45,265 nucleotides of DNA. Source: a virus (lineage: Duplodnaviria; Caudoviricetes). Below, in pieces: positions 16,750-23,920 of this stretch (position 1 is its first letter; every line of letters begins with the position of its first letter). The notes under the pieces were generated by a model. That model was not told the origin of the DNA, did no database searches, and worked only from the letters and a program-made list of their open reading frames with translations. The stretch covers positions 1 to 45,265 of the IMG/VR virus record IMGVR_UViG_3300027787_000005; one strand, 5' to 3'. Both the position numbers and the translations under genes were made by a program.

Positions 16750-16931
16750 CAGGAGCTCCGGTCGAGCAGGGCCAGCACCTCGGCCTCACGGAACCGGCGG
16801 TGACCGCCCGGCGTCCGGACGCAGCCGATCCGCCCGACCGTCGCCCACCTCGTGACCGTCTTCGCGTCCACGCCAAAGAGGCGGGCCACCTCGCCGGTCT
16901 TCAGCAACCGGTCCACGCCGGGCCGCGTCAC
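16749..16931 (-). CDS. bldC: BldC-family (MerR/Xis-like) DNA-binding protein
   Basis: LLKTGEVARLFGVDAKTVTRWATVGRIGCVRTPGGHRRFREAEVLALL closely parallels Streptomyces BldC. Confidence 0.85.
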   Translation of the reverse strand: MTRPGVDRLLKTGEVARLFGVDAKTVTRWATVGRIGCVRTPGGHRRFREAEVLALLDRSS

Positions 16932-17374
16932 GGCCGGCCCTCGGCGTTGCGCCTGATCGCGGCGGCGACCTGCTTGGCGAACGCGGCCGGGTCCATCGCC
17001 GACGGGCCGACGAAGCTGACCTCGACGGCCGAGCCGACCGGCGGCAGCGGCAGGGCGACGATCCGGCCGAGCTTGCGCTGCACGAGATGCAGCTGCGCGA
17101 TGACTTCGCCGAGCAGCAGGTTGTGCACGAGGACGTCCTCGGCCAGCGCAGGCCAGGCCATGACGGTCGGCTCCGACGCCGGATCCACGTCGCGCCGGAG
17201 CACGGCCTCGGCCTGAGCGATCAGGCGCTCGGCGTCGCGGATGACCTCACCGAGGCGGGGCAGGTTTGCGCCCGGGCCGACCGGCGGCGTAACCGCAGCG
17301 TCGGACGGCCCGGGAGTATCAATGCGGCCGGGACCGGTCGGGCCGGTCGGGTGGCCGGGCGGATGCGTGGTCAT
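16928..17374 (-). CDS. Hypothetical protein with Pro/Gly-rich N-terminus
   Basis: ATGA overlap with the RAMP gene stop. Confidence 0.55.
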   Translation of the reverse strand: MTTHPPGHPTGPTGPGRIDTPGPSDAAVTPPVGPGANLPRLGEVIRDAERLIAQAEAVLRRDVDPASEPTVMAWPALAEDVLVHNLLLGEVIAQLHLVQRKLGRIVALPLPPVGSAVEVSFVGPSAMDPAAFAKQVAAAIRRNAEGRP

Positions 17375-18039
17375 GCGGCCCGGTCCCAGCGGGTGACTTC
17401 GTACCGGCCGTAGCCCTGGGAGCGCGAGGCACCGATGCCCTGCTGCTCGCCGGACGTCCAGATCGCGGCCCACTCCTTCTCGCTGAAGTCGTGGTCGGCC
17501 ATGACCGTGAAGTCGACCTTCGCGTCGGTGACGTACTCCTCGTACTGGATGCCACTGCCCCGGAAGGTGTGCACGAAGCGCTGGTTGATGCCGCTGGCCT
17601 CGGTGACGCCGAGGTGGAGCCGGTCCTCGATGACGAAGACGTGCTCGGCGAGGTAGGACAGCAGGCCCTTGTTGGTCTTGCCCCAGCCCCGGCCGTTGAG
17701 CTTCCCGGCGGCGACGGCGCAGGACGCGGCTTCCTTCAGGGCGGCCTTGAGCTGACGGCCCTCGATGTACAGGCCCAACTCGTCGCGCTTGAAGCCGTTG
17801 AGGTGCTTGTTCATGGCCACCTGCTCGGCGGCCTCGTCGGCGCTGACGCCTCGGTCGACCATGGTCTCGGCGACCATCTGCCGTACGAGGTCATCGGTCG
17901 CGCCGAGCTTGGTGCGGATCCAGGACTCGGCCACGTTGGCGTCCGTGGGTGTGCCGCCCGCGATGGTGCCGACGAGCAGCTGGCCGCTGAATCTGTACGG
18001 AAACATCTCCGCTTGATGCTTGGCGAACACGCTGGCCAT
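17371..18039 (-). CDS. Stand-alone RAMP superfamily protein, Cas7/Csm3-like
   Basis: N-terminal beta strand + TIAGG; FKRDELGLYIEGRQLKAALKEAA resembles the Csm3 PxIPGSSLKGxxR helix; C-terminal Gly-rich loop GIGASRSQGYGRYEV; AGGAG RBS. Confidence 0.8.
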   Translation of the reverse strand: MASVFAKHQAEMFPYRFSGQLLVGTIAGGTPTDANVAESWIRTKLGATDDLVRQMVAETMVDRGVSADEAAEQVAMNKHLNGFKRDELGLYIEGRQLKAALKEAASCAVAAGKLNGRGWGKTNKGLLSYLAEHVFVIEDRLHLGVTEASGINQRFVHTFRGSGIQYEEYVTDAKVDFTVMADHDFSEKEWAAIWTSGEQQGIGASRSQGYGRYEVTRWDRAA

Positions 18040-18052
18040 TCGAATCTCCTAG

Positions 18053-18345
18053 GTCAGTCGATGAGGGCTGTGACGGCACGGGATGGGCGGGAAAGTCGGA
18101 CTGAGGTGGGAGGGGTGGCCGCCGGGATGGGTAGTCGGTCCGGGGCGTGGTGGGTGGTGGCGGGATGGGTAGTCGGGAGGGCCTGGCTTGGGCCGTGTTG
18201 GCATTGGGTCGGGAAGTCGGGTCCGAGTGGGGTCGACTGGTTTTGGGCGGGGTAGTCGGGTCGGGCCGGGCTGGGCAGTGGTGGATTGGCGCGCGTCGGG
18301 TAGTCGGTACGGCGAGGGCCGGGAAGGCGGGAGTCGGGTAGTCGG
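18053..18345. repeat. Non-coding array of 7 units (38-48 bp) built from G-led pentamers; putative guide-RNA locus
   Basis: AGTCG anchors at 18056, 18094, 18133, 18171, 18215, 18254, 18302 and 18340; minus-strand consensus head CCGACTACCC; fills the gap between the 195-aa gene stop and the RAMP RBS. Confidence 0.85.
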
Positions 18346-18933
18346 CTAGACGGCCACGAGCGGCGTCTGCTTGGCGGTGAGCGAGTCCCACATCGTCGAG
18401 AGCTGCTGCTCGGTGTAGTGCTCGATGACGGTCCGGTCGCCGACCTTCCTGGCGATCGCCTTGAGGAACGCAGCGGTGAGCAGGGCGTCTCTGGCGCGCT
18501 CGGTGTAGGCCTCGCCCACGAACAGCAGGTCACCCCGGGACATGTCGGCAAGCTGCCTGCGGGAGCCATCGGCGATCGTGAACCGCGACGACAGCCAGCG
18601 GCCCATCTGCGCAGCGCGACGCTGCTGTGGACTGTCGGCCGCCCATCCGTCGGCAGCGAAGCCGGAGTTGACCTGCTCCATGGCCTTCGCCTCCATGGCG
18701 AACGCGGAGCGCGGGGCGGAGTAGCGGGCGCTCGTACGCTGCGACCGATCCCGGGCGTTCACCGCTTCGCGGAGGATGGCTTCCGCCTGCGCGTCCAGCC
18801 ATCCGGCCAGCAGCTCAGGGTCTTCCGTCCGGAGCTTCTCGGCGATCTTGCGGGCGACGTTGGACGGCGTGTACGAGCCGGTGGCCTCGGCGTTGATGAG
18901 TTCGCGCATCTCGCCGACGTAGTCGCGGCTCAT
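18346..18933 (-). CDS. Hypothetical helical protein (195 aa), candidate accessory of the RAMP/array module
   Basis: ATGA-coupled to cro; its stop codon abuts the first array repeat. Confidence 0.7.
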   Translation of the reverse strand: MSRDYVGEMRELINAEATGSYTPSNVARKIAEKLRTEDPELLAGWLDAQAEAILREAVNARDRSQRTSARYSAPRSAFAMEAKAMEQVNSGFAADGWAADSPQQRRAAQMGRWLSSRFTIADGSRRQLADMSRGDLLFVGEAYTERARDALLTAAFLKAIARKVGDRTVIEHYTEQQLSTMWDSLTAKQTPLVAV

Positions 18934-19190
18934 GCGGCACCGGCCGAGAGCGCGGAGGGGGCGGAGAGGAAGCGGTCGACCGGGACGCCGAAGGCGGCGG
19001 CCAGCTTGTCCAGCTCGTCGGTGTCGAACGGGAACTTGCCGTTGAGCCGGCGGCTAACGCTGGGCTGGGCGATCTCAAGGATCCGAGACAACTCAAGCTG
19101 CGTCACGTTCTGGCGAGCAACCTCAGCCCTGACCTCAGCCGCGACCCGCTGGGTGAGAGACTGAGAGATCCCGGTGGGTGTCTCTGTCAT
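18930..19190 (-). CDS. Cro-like XRE HTH regulator
   Basis: VTQLELSRILEIAQPSVSRRLNGKFPFDTDELDKLAAAFGV; first gene of the early operon, divergent from the repressor. Confidence 0.85.
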   Translation of the reverse strand: MTETPTGISQSLTQRVAAEVRAEVARQNVTQLELSRILEIAQPSVSRRLNGKFPFDTDELDKLAAAFGVPVDRFLSAPSALSAGAA

Positions 19191-19289
19191 GCCGTTACGC
19201 TCTCACTCATAGCGTGAGAGGTCAAGGGAGTCTGTGAGATGCTGACCAAAAGGTTGACTTAATAACGTCAGGGCATAACACTCTCTCCT
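19191..19289. promoter_or_regulatory. Divergent, probably leaderless promoters with an operator palindrome
   Basis: Minus: TTGACC-N17-GAGCGT-N6-ATG. Plus: TTGACT(19254)-N17-AACACT-N7-ATG. Palindrome CTCTCAC-N7-GTGAGAG at 19200-19220. Confidence 0.6.
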
Positions 19290-19802
19290 ATGAGCATCAC
19301 GCCTGAGGTTTCCGCGAAGACCCTCACGCAGCTCGTGGCCACCGAGATCCGCGTACAGATGGCCAGGGCAGACGTGCGGCAGTCACAGCTCGCCCGCGAG
19401 ATCGATAAGACCGAGCAGTGGCTGTCCGTGCGTCTCCGGGGGCGCCAACCGATCGATTTGAACGATCTCGCGCTGATCGCGCGGGCCCTGAACGTCGGAG
19501 TCCACGAGCTTCTGCCGCCGCCCGCCGTGGTCGCGGCGGCCGTAAACGGCTTGTCCCGAGGTGCGGGAAGTGGTCGGCGGGGGAACGACCTGAACGATAG
19601 TTCCTGCTCACTCATCCCTTCGGCCGTCGACCGACCGGCGAAGGCACCTCGGCCACCCGTCCGCGCGAACCGCCACACGGTCATCGGCAATGGCCCGTAC
19701 GGCGGAGGGCGCCGCGACGCCACACGCCCGGTATCGGCCGTCCCGTTCTCATCTCGGCGACCTGCCCGAATGGGGCCAGGCAACCGGCCCATTCCCACGT
19801 GA
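19290..19802 (+). CDS. Immunity repressor (XRE HTH) with long low-complexity C-terminal tail
   Basis: VRQSQLAREIDKTEQWLSVRLRGRQPIDLNDLALIARALNV; divergent from cro, same direction as the integrase. Confidence 0.8.
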   Translation: MSITPEVSAKTLTQLVATEIRVQMARADVRQSQLAREIDKTEQWLSVRLRGRQPIDLNDLALIARALNVGVHELLPPPAVVAAAVNGLSRGAGSGRRGNDLNDSSCSLIPSAVDRPAKAPRPPVRANRHTVIGNGPYGGGRRDATRPVSAVPFSSRRPARMGPGNRPIPT

Positions 19803-19900
19803 GTGAACCAGCACCACGATCGAGTGACCACCGTAAGCGGGTCCCGGGCCAGTGCGGACACACCACCCGGAACCCTTGACCGCAGAGGAGCCTGCGACCC

Positions 19901-20125
19901 ATGCACACCGTAACCACCGCCAAGGGAGCACGCCCGGCGTACGGCACTGTCGCGTACTACACAGACCTCATCGGCCCCGAGGTTCCGAGCGAGACGTTGG
20001 TGCTGAAGCTTGTCGACCAGGTCGCGAACGAACTGGTGCTCGGCGAGCTCGAGCGGATCACCCACATCCGCAGCCTGCTGGCCGCCGCCGCGCAGATCCG
20101 CGCCGAGCTGGCGGCCGCGCGATGA
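19901..20125 (+). CDS. Hypothetical protein
   Basis: AGGAG RBS; ATGA overlap with the integrase. Confidence 0.6.
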   Translation: MHTVTTAKGARPAYGTVAYYTDLIGPEVPSETLVLKLVDQVANELVLGELERITHIRSLLAAAAQIRAELAAAR

Positions 20126-20928
20126 GCGACCTGATCGCCGAGTACCTCGAGCACCTCGCCGACCTCGGCCGCGCCGACAGCACCATCGGCACCTACACCG
20201 ACATCCTGCAGCGGATGGACCGGCAGCTGCCCTACGGCCTCATCTCCGCCTGCCAGGACGAGCTGCACGCCTGGATCTTCTCCGACAGCCACGGCAAGGC
20301 CCACCGCAAGCTGTGCCGCATCGTCGCGAACGGCTTCTACGAGTGGGCGTCCAACCCGGCCGAGCCACGGCTGGACTTCAACCCGGCCGCCGGGCTGCCG
20401 GCCGTCTCCGCGCCGCGCGGCCGCCCGAACCCGATCGCCGAGCAGGAGAAGATCGAGATGCTGGCCTCGGCCGCCCGGCCGCACCGGGACTGGTTCCTGA
20501 TCGCCTGCTTCACCGGCGCGCGGTGCACGGAGCTGGCCGACCTCGACCGGGAGCACATCACCGAGCGGCGGGTGCTGCTGCATGGCAAGGGCGACAAGCC
20601 GCGGTACGTGCCCACGCATCCGCTGGTGTGGGCGCTCGCGCAGGAGCTGCCACCCGGGCCGCTGACGACCGACCGGCACGGCCGGCGGCTGACCCGGCAG
20701 CAGGTCAGCCACCGGGGCAACTACTACCTGCAGCAGGTGCTGGGCATGAAGGGCGTGCACATGCACCGGCTGCGGTCGACGTTCGGCACCGAGGCGTACG
20801 AGGCGACCCGGGACATCCTGGCTGTGCAGCGGCTGTTGGGCCACGCCTCGCCGGCGACGACGCAGATCTACGTCGAGGTCGGCGGTGAGGCGATGGAGCG
20901 GGCGGTGGCCGGCTTGCGCGCGGCCTAG
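20122..20928 (+). CDS. int: Tyrosine recombinase/integrase, XerC-like, lacking an arm-binding domain (268 aa)
   Basis: TGARCTEL (R), GKGDKPR (K), HRLRSTF (H-x-x-R), LLGHAS..TTQIY (H, Y). Confidence 0.92.
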   Translation: MSDLIAEYLEHLADLGRADSTIGTYTDILQRMDRQLPYGLISACQDELHAWIFSDSHGKAHRKLCRIVANGFYEWASNPAEPRLDFNPAAGLPAVSAPRGRPNPIAEQEKIEMLASAARPHRDWFLIACFTGARCTELADLDREHITERRVLLHGKGDKPRYVPTHPLVWALAQELPPGPLTTDRHGRRLTRQQVSHRGNYYLQQVLGMKGVHMHRLRSTFGTEAYEATRDILAVQRLLGHASPATTQIYVEVGGEAMERAVAGLRAA

Positions 20929-21227
20929 ACCTGGTTCGGGCGACGGTGCCGCCGCGGGACGGGTCCGGAGTTGCGCGGCGGCACAGCATGCGATGCGCCC
21001 TGGTCGACCACCTCGATGCGGGGCTCACGGTCCGGGTCGAGGTGGTCGGGCCGGGCGACGACGATCACCTGCGCGGCCCGGGCGGCCATCACGGCCATGA
21101 CGTCGACCCAGTCGGTGGTGATGACACCGGTGACCTCGTAGCCCTTCACGACGCAGTAGGCGATGCATTGATCGGCGTAGTTGGCAAGGTGCTGGGCGGC
21201 CGGGATGTAGATGACGGCGTTGGTCAC
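20925..21227 (-). CDS. Small protein resembling a degenerate serine-resolvase catalytic domain
   Basis: AVIYIP...QCIAYCVVKGYEVTGVI...QVIVVARPDHL follows the resolvase pattern but lacks YxRVS. Confidence 0.5.
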   Translation of the reverse strand: MTNAVIYIPAAQHLANYADQCIAYCVVKGYEVTGVITTDWVDVMAVMAARAAQVIVVARPDHLDPDREPRIEVVDQGASHAVPPRNSGPVPRRHRRPNQV

Positions 21228-21480
21228 TGGGTGGGCGCTCCTCGTCTGTTGTCGCAGGTGGGGAAGGGCCGCGAGAGATCCCGAGTTAACCGCTGCGTCA
21301 CCCTTCGGTGCATCCACCGTGACGTTCGACGAAACGGACTTTGTGTGCGTGAACATCACTCAACCGGCGTCCAGTCATCACCCATACGGACAGAACCGTG
21401 ACTCACCGTTGCTAGATCACCATTTTCCACCCACACTCCGGGTGGCGATCACAAAGGACTCAGCGATGAAGGAACCGGCC

Positions 21481-21774
21481 ATGACCGAGCACGACGGCAC
21501 CACCTCCTACGACGAGGACGACGCGACGCCGGTGCGGCTGTCGTACTCCACGCTGGCCATCATGTCGTTCGCGCTCGGCCTCGCCGGGCTCCTGCTGTTC
21601 GCCGTGCCGGCGCTGCCCTGGCTGCTCTCCGTCCTCGCCGTCGTGCTCGGCCACACCGGCCGGCGCGAGATCAAGCAGGGCGCCAAGCAGGGCTGGGGAT
21701 ACGACATCGGCGGCCTGGTCCTCGGCTACCTCGTGCTAGCGGCACTGCTCGTCGTGGCGGTCGGCCACCGTTAG
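21481..21774 (+). CDS. DUF4190-like membrane protein
   Basis: STLAIMSFALGL...LAVVLGHTGRREIK....GWG..IGGLVLGY; AAGGA RBS. Confidence 0.75.
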   Translation: MTEHDGTTSYDEDDATPVRLSYSTLAIMSFALGLAGLLLFAVPALPWLLSVLAVVLGHTGRREIKQGAKQGWGYDIGGLVLGYLVLAALLVVAVGHR

Positions 21775-22026
21775 CGTGTCGCGCAGCGCAGCGCCGAGCT
21801 CCTCAGCCGTCTTGCCGTACGCGTAGCCGCGGCGCCTCGCGTTCCAGGTGACGGCCCGGTAGCCCGGGTTCGGGTCGCGCGGCAGCCCGCCCTTGGTCCA
21901 GAACACCATCCAGGCGGGAAACTCCGCCTCGAGCTTCCGGCACGCCTCGAGGGCGCCGTCGGGCCAGCCGAGGCGTTCGGCGATGAGCGCGCGGTTCTTC
22001 TCCGGGTCGACCGGCGGCAGGCTCAT
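21736..22026 (-). CDS. Hypothetical protein
   Basis: MSLPPVDPEKNRALIAERLGWP...LEAEFPAW. Confidence 0.55.
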   Translation of the reverse strand: MSLPPVDPEKNRALIAERLGWPDGALEACRKLEAEFPAWMVFWTKGGLPRDPNPGYRAVTWNARRRGYAYGKTAEELGAALRDTLTVADRHDEQCR

Positions 22027-22193
22027 CGGTCGGCCTGCGCGTCGTGCTCGTGCGCCGGGCAGGAGCAGGTCGTCGGCCGGATGCAGGCGCGGTGATGAAC
22101 GGCCCGCCGCTCGGGAGTCGCCTGCCGGGATTCGATGTCGCAGGTCATCGTGATGCGCTTCTCGCCTGTGCTGTGTGCAGATGTTGTCGACAT
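22023..22193 (-). CDS. 56-aa Cys/His peptide
   Basis: Hand-translated MSTTSAHST...HHRACIRPTTCSCPAHEH; GGGAG RBS; ATGA overlap. Confidence 0.45.
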   Translation of the reverse strand: MSTTSAHSTGEKRITMTCDIESRQATPERRAVHHRACIRPTTCSCPAHEHDAQADR

Positions 22194-22389
22194 GGCCACG
22201 TCTCCCGCTCACCTCGGGGCTTGGAAGGGAGGCGACGGGCAACGGCCTCGCGGCCATTCCCCGCGTAGGGGGATTGGCTTCCGATCACCCGCCGCCTCCG
22301 GGCAATGACTCTACGCTCGCGCTGAGCCCCCGTGTAGTGCCCGCGTGAATCTGCGCGCGCACAGCGTGATCATCTATAGCGTCCGTGGA

Positions 22390-22611
22390 GTGCCAGCTAA
22401 GCGCCCGACGTTCCGCCTGATGGGCTCCGCCGAGATCGGCCGACGCCTCGGCGGGATCTCCCGGACCCGCGTCTACCAGATCACCCAGCGGCGCGGCTTC
22501 CCCGAGCCGTACGCAGTGCTGGAGATGGGCAACGTCTGGCTGGCCGACGACGTTGAGGCCTGGATCCGCCAGCACCGGCCGGAGATCAACGAGGCCACCG
22601 AGGGGAGCTGA
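22390..22611 (+). CDS. AlpA-family phage regulator
   Basis: MGSAEIGRRLGGISRTRVYQITQRRGFPEP..VLEMGNVWLADDVEAW; TAGCGT -10 box 7 nt upstream of the GTG. Confidence 0.8.
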   Translation: MPAKRPTFRLMGSAEIGRRLGGISRTRVYQITQRRGFPEPYAVLEMGNVWLADDVEAWIRQHRPEINEATEGS

Positions 22612-22616
22612 CCGGC

Positions 22617-22799
22617 GTGGCGCTAACCGATGAACTGCTGCGGCGGCTCGTCGAGAGCATGGCCGAGGATCCGGCGTACGAGACGTACGGCCAGCTGGAG
22701 ACCAGCCCATGGGGCTCCGGCTGGTGGGTGAAGTACACCGACGCCGAGGGCCGCGAGCACTATCTCCGCGTCGTCGTCGAGCCGTTCCGTCCGGAGTGA
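22617..22799 (+). CDS. Hypothetical protein
   Basis: GGGGAG RBS; downstream of the AlpA-like gene. Confidence 0.55.
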   Translation: MALTDELLRRLVESMAEDPAYETYGQLETSPWGSGWWVKYTDAEGREHYLRVVVEPFRPE

Positions 22800-22807
22800 G
22801 GGCACGC

Positions 22808-22841
22808 AAAAAGCCGCCCCCACCCGAAGGTGGGGGCGGCT
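22808..22841 (-). terminator. Intrinsic terminator ending the late/lysis operon (possibly bidirectional)
   Basis: 13-bp stem, UUCG loop and U-tract on the minus strand, between convergent genes. Confidence 0.85.
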
Positions 22842-22885
22842 CAACCTGGCATCACCAGGTCATGTACTTCGGAAGACCTCGGAGT

Positions 22886-23188
22886 CTAGTTCACGTACTC
22901 GTTGCGGCAGACGTCGTACCAGGCGATCGCGTTGTGCCCGTAGTCGCGGCCGACGAGCGCGAGCCGCTCCTTCAGTCGGGCCACGATGCCGGGCTGCACC
23001 TCGATCAGCCAGGACGCGTTGTGGCTCCGGGACAGCGGCTCGCTGAACCACTCGGCTCGCAACTCCGCGCCTGCGTGCTCGATCTCCGTGAACGCCCGCG
23101 CGTGGAACTCCCGCCAGTCGCGCGGCGGCACGTTGTGCACGTTGCCGATGACGACCAGCGCCATGTCCGCCGGGCCCGGGGTGCTCAC
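22886..23188 (-). CDS. Hypothetical protein (small alpha/beta)
   Basis: GGAGG RBS; 100-aa ORF. Confidence 0.6.
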   Translation of the reverse strand: MSTPGPADMALVVIGNVHNVPPRDWREFHARAFTEIEHAGAELRAEWFSEPLSRSHNASWLIEVQPGIVARLKERLALVGRDYGHNAIAWYDVCRNEYVN

Positions 23189-23222
23189 CGGTTACCTCCA
23201 CTGCCGCCCTCGGTGCGCACGG

Positions 23223-23594
23223 TCACGCCCGGGTCGGCGAGTCCGAGCCCCAGCCGACGGCCGTGGCGGTCTTCACCGACACGGCGGGCGCGACGGTGAT
23301 GCCCAGCACCGAGGCGACAGCCGCGGCGATCAGCAGCACGTCGTTGCCGTCGATGCCGCCGAGGATCACCGTCACGGCCACCTGGAGGCCCGCGAGCACG
23401 GCGCTGACGGCGGTCTTGATCCACGGCGCGGACGGCACCAGCGGGACGAGGTAGGTCAGGGCGGCGGTGCACACGGCGATGCCGATGGCGACACCCTCGG
23501 ACGGGTCGATGTGGTGGTCACCGGTGAACGCGCCGACGAAGGTGACGCCGACGAAGTAGAGGAACGAGAACCAGAACTTTCCGTAGACGGCCAT
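23223..23594 (-). CDS. Putative holin, multi-pass membrane protein
   Basis: AAGGAG RBS; about 4 hydrophobic segments; in the lysis cassette. Confidence 0.7.
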   Translation of the reverse strand: MAVYGKFWFSFLYFVGVTFVGAFTGDHHIDPSEGVAIGIAVCTAALTYLVPLVPSAPWIKTAVSAVLAGLQVAVTVILGGIDGNDVLLIAAAVASVLGITVAPAVSVKTATAVGWGSDSPTRA

Positions 23595-23641
23595 GGTCGT
23601 GCTCCTTGGTGAGGAGAATGTTAGGAAGAAGGGCCGCCCGG

Positions 23642-23920
23642 CTACTTCGCAGGGCAGCCAAACTCGTTGCGCAGCCGGGTCAGCTCGGCCGCGAACTGCC
23701 GGCCCGACGGCGTCGTCGGCGGCGTCCTGTCCTGCGCATCGGTGAGCTGGACGAAGAGCGTGCACCAACGCTGGTCCGACTGCCGCTGCTGGTCACGCCA
23801 GCGCCGCTCCGACTGGGCCTGCACGGTGCCCGCGTACACCACCGACGCGACCGCGACGATCACGCAGGCGATGAAGCTGACCAGCAGCGCGTACCAGAGG
23901 CGGACCGTTGGGCTGCTCAC
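23642..23920 (-). CDS. Lysis-cassette membrane protein
   Basis: N-terminal TM, coiled coil, two C-terminal Cys. Confidence 0.65.
   Translation of the reverse strand: MSSPTVRLWYALLVSFIACVIVAVASVVYAGTVQAQSERRWRDQQRQSDQRWCTLFVQLTDAQDRTPPTTPSGRQFAAELTRLRNEFGCPAK

Noticed and set aside
18053-18345. Canonical CRISPR array
   Set aside because: The constant part is only ~10 bp and non-palindromic, the intervening sequence is itself periodic rather than a foreign spacer, and there is no leader or cas1/cas2.
17891-18569. Pro-rich ORFs 18054-18569(-) and 17891-18391(-), and Gly-rich 18147-18341(+), across the array
   Set aside because: They overlap real genes, lack RBSs, and the 5-nt periodicity with non-triplet unit lengths argues against coding.
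1644-19190. C-terminal AA ends on Cro, the RAMP and the late regulator as degradation tags
   Set aside because: All arise at GCA-TGA start/stop overlaps with the next gene, so translational coupling could explain them; only the integrase case was kept.
19560-19620. tRNA-derived attP core within the repressor gene
   Set aside because: There is a short GGAAC...GTTCC inverted repeat but no T-loop (TTCGAA) or acceptor-stem geometry; no tRNA genes or att core were recognised anywhere.
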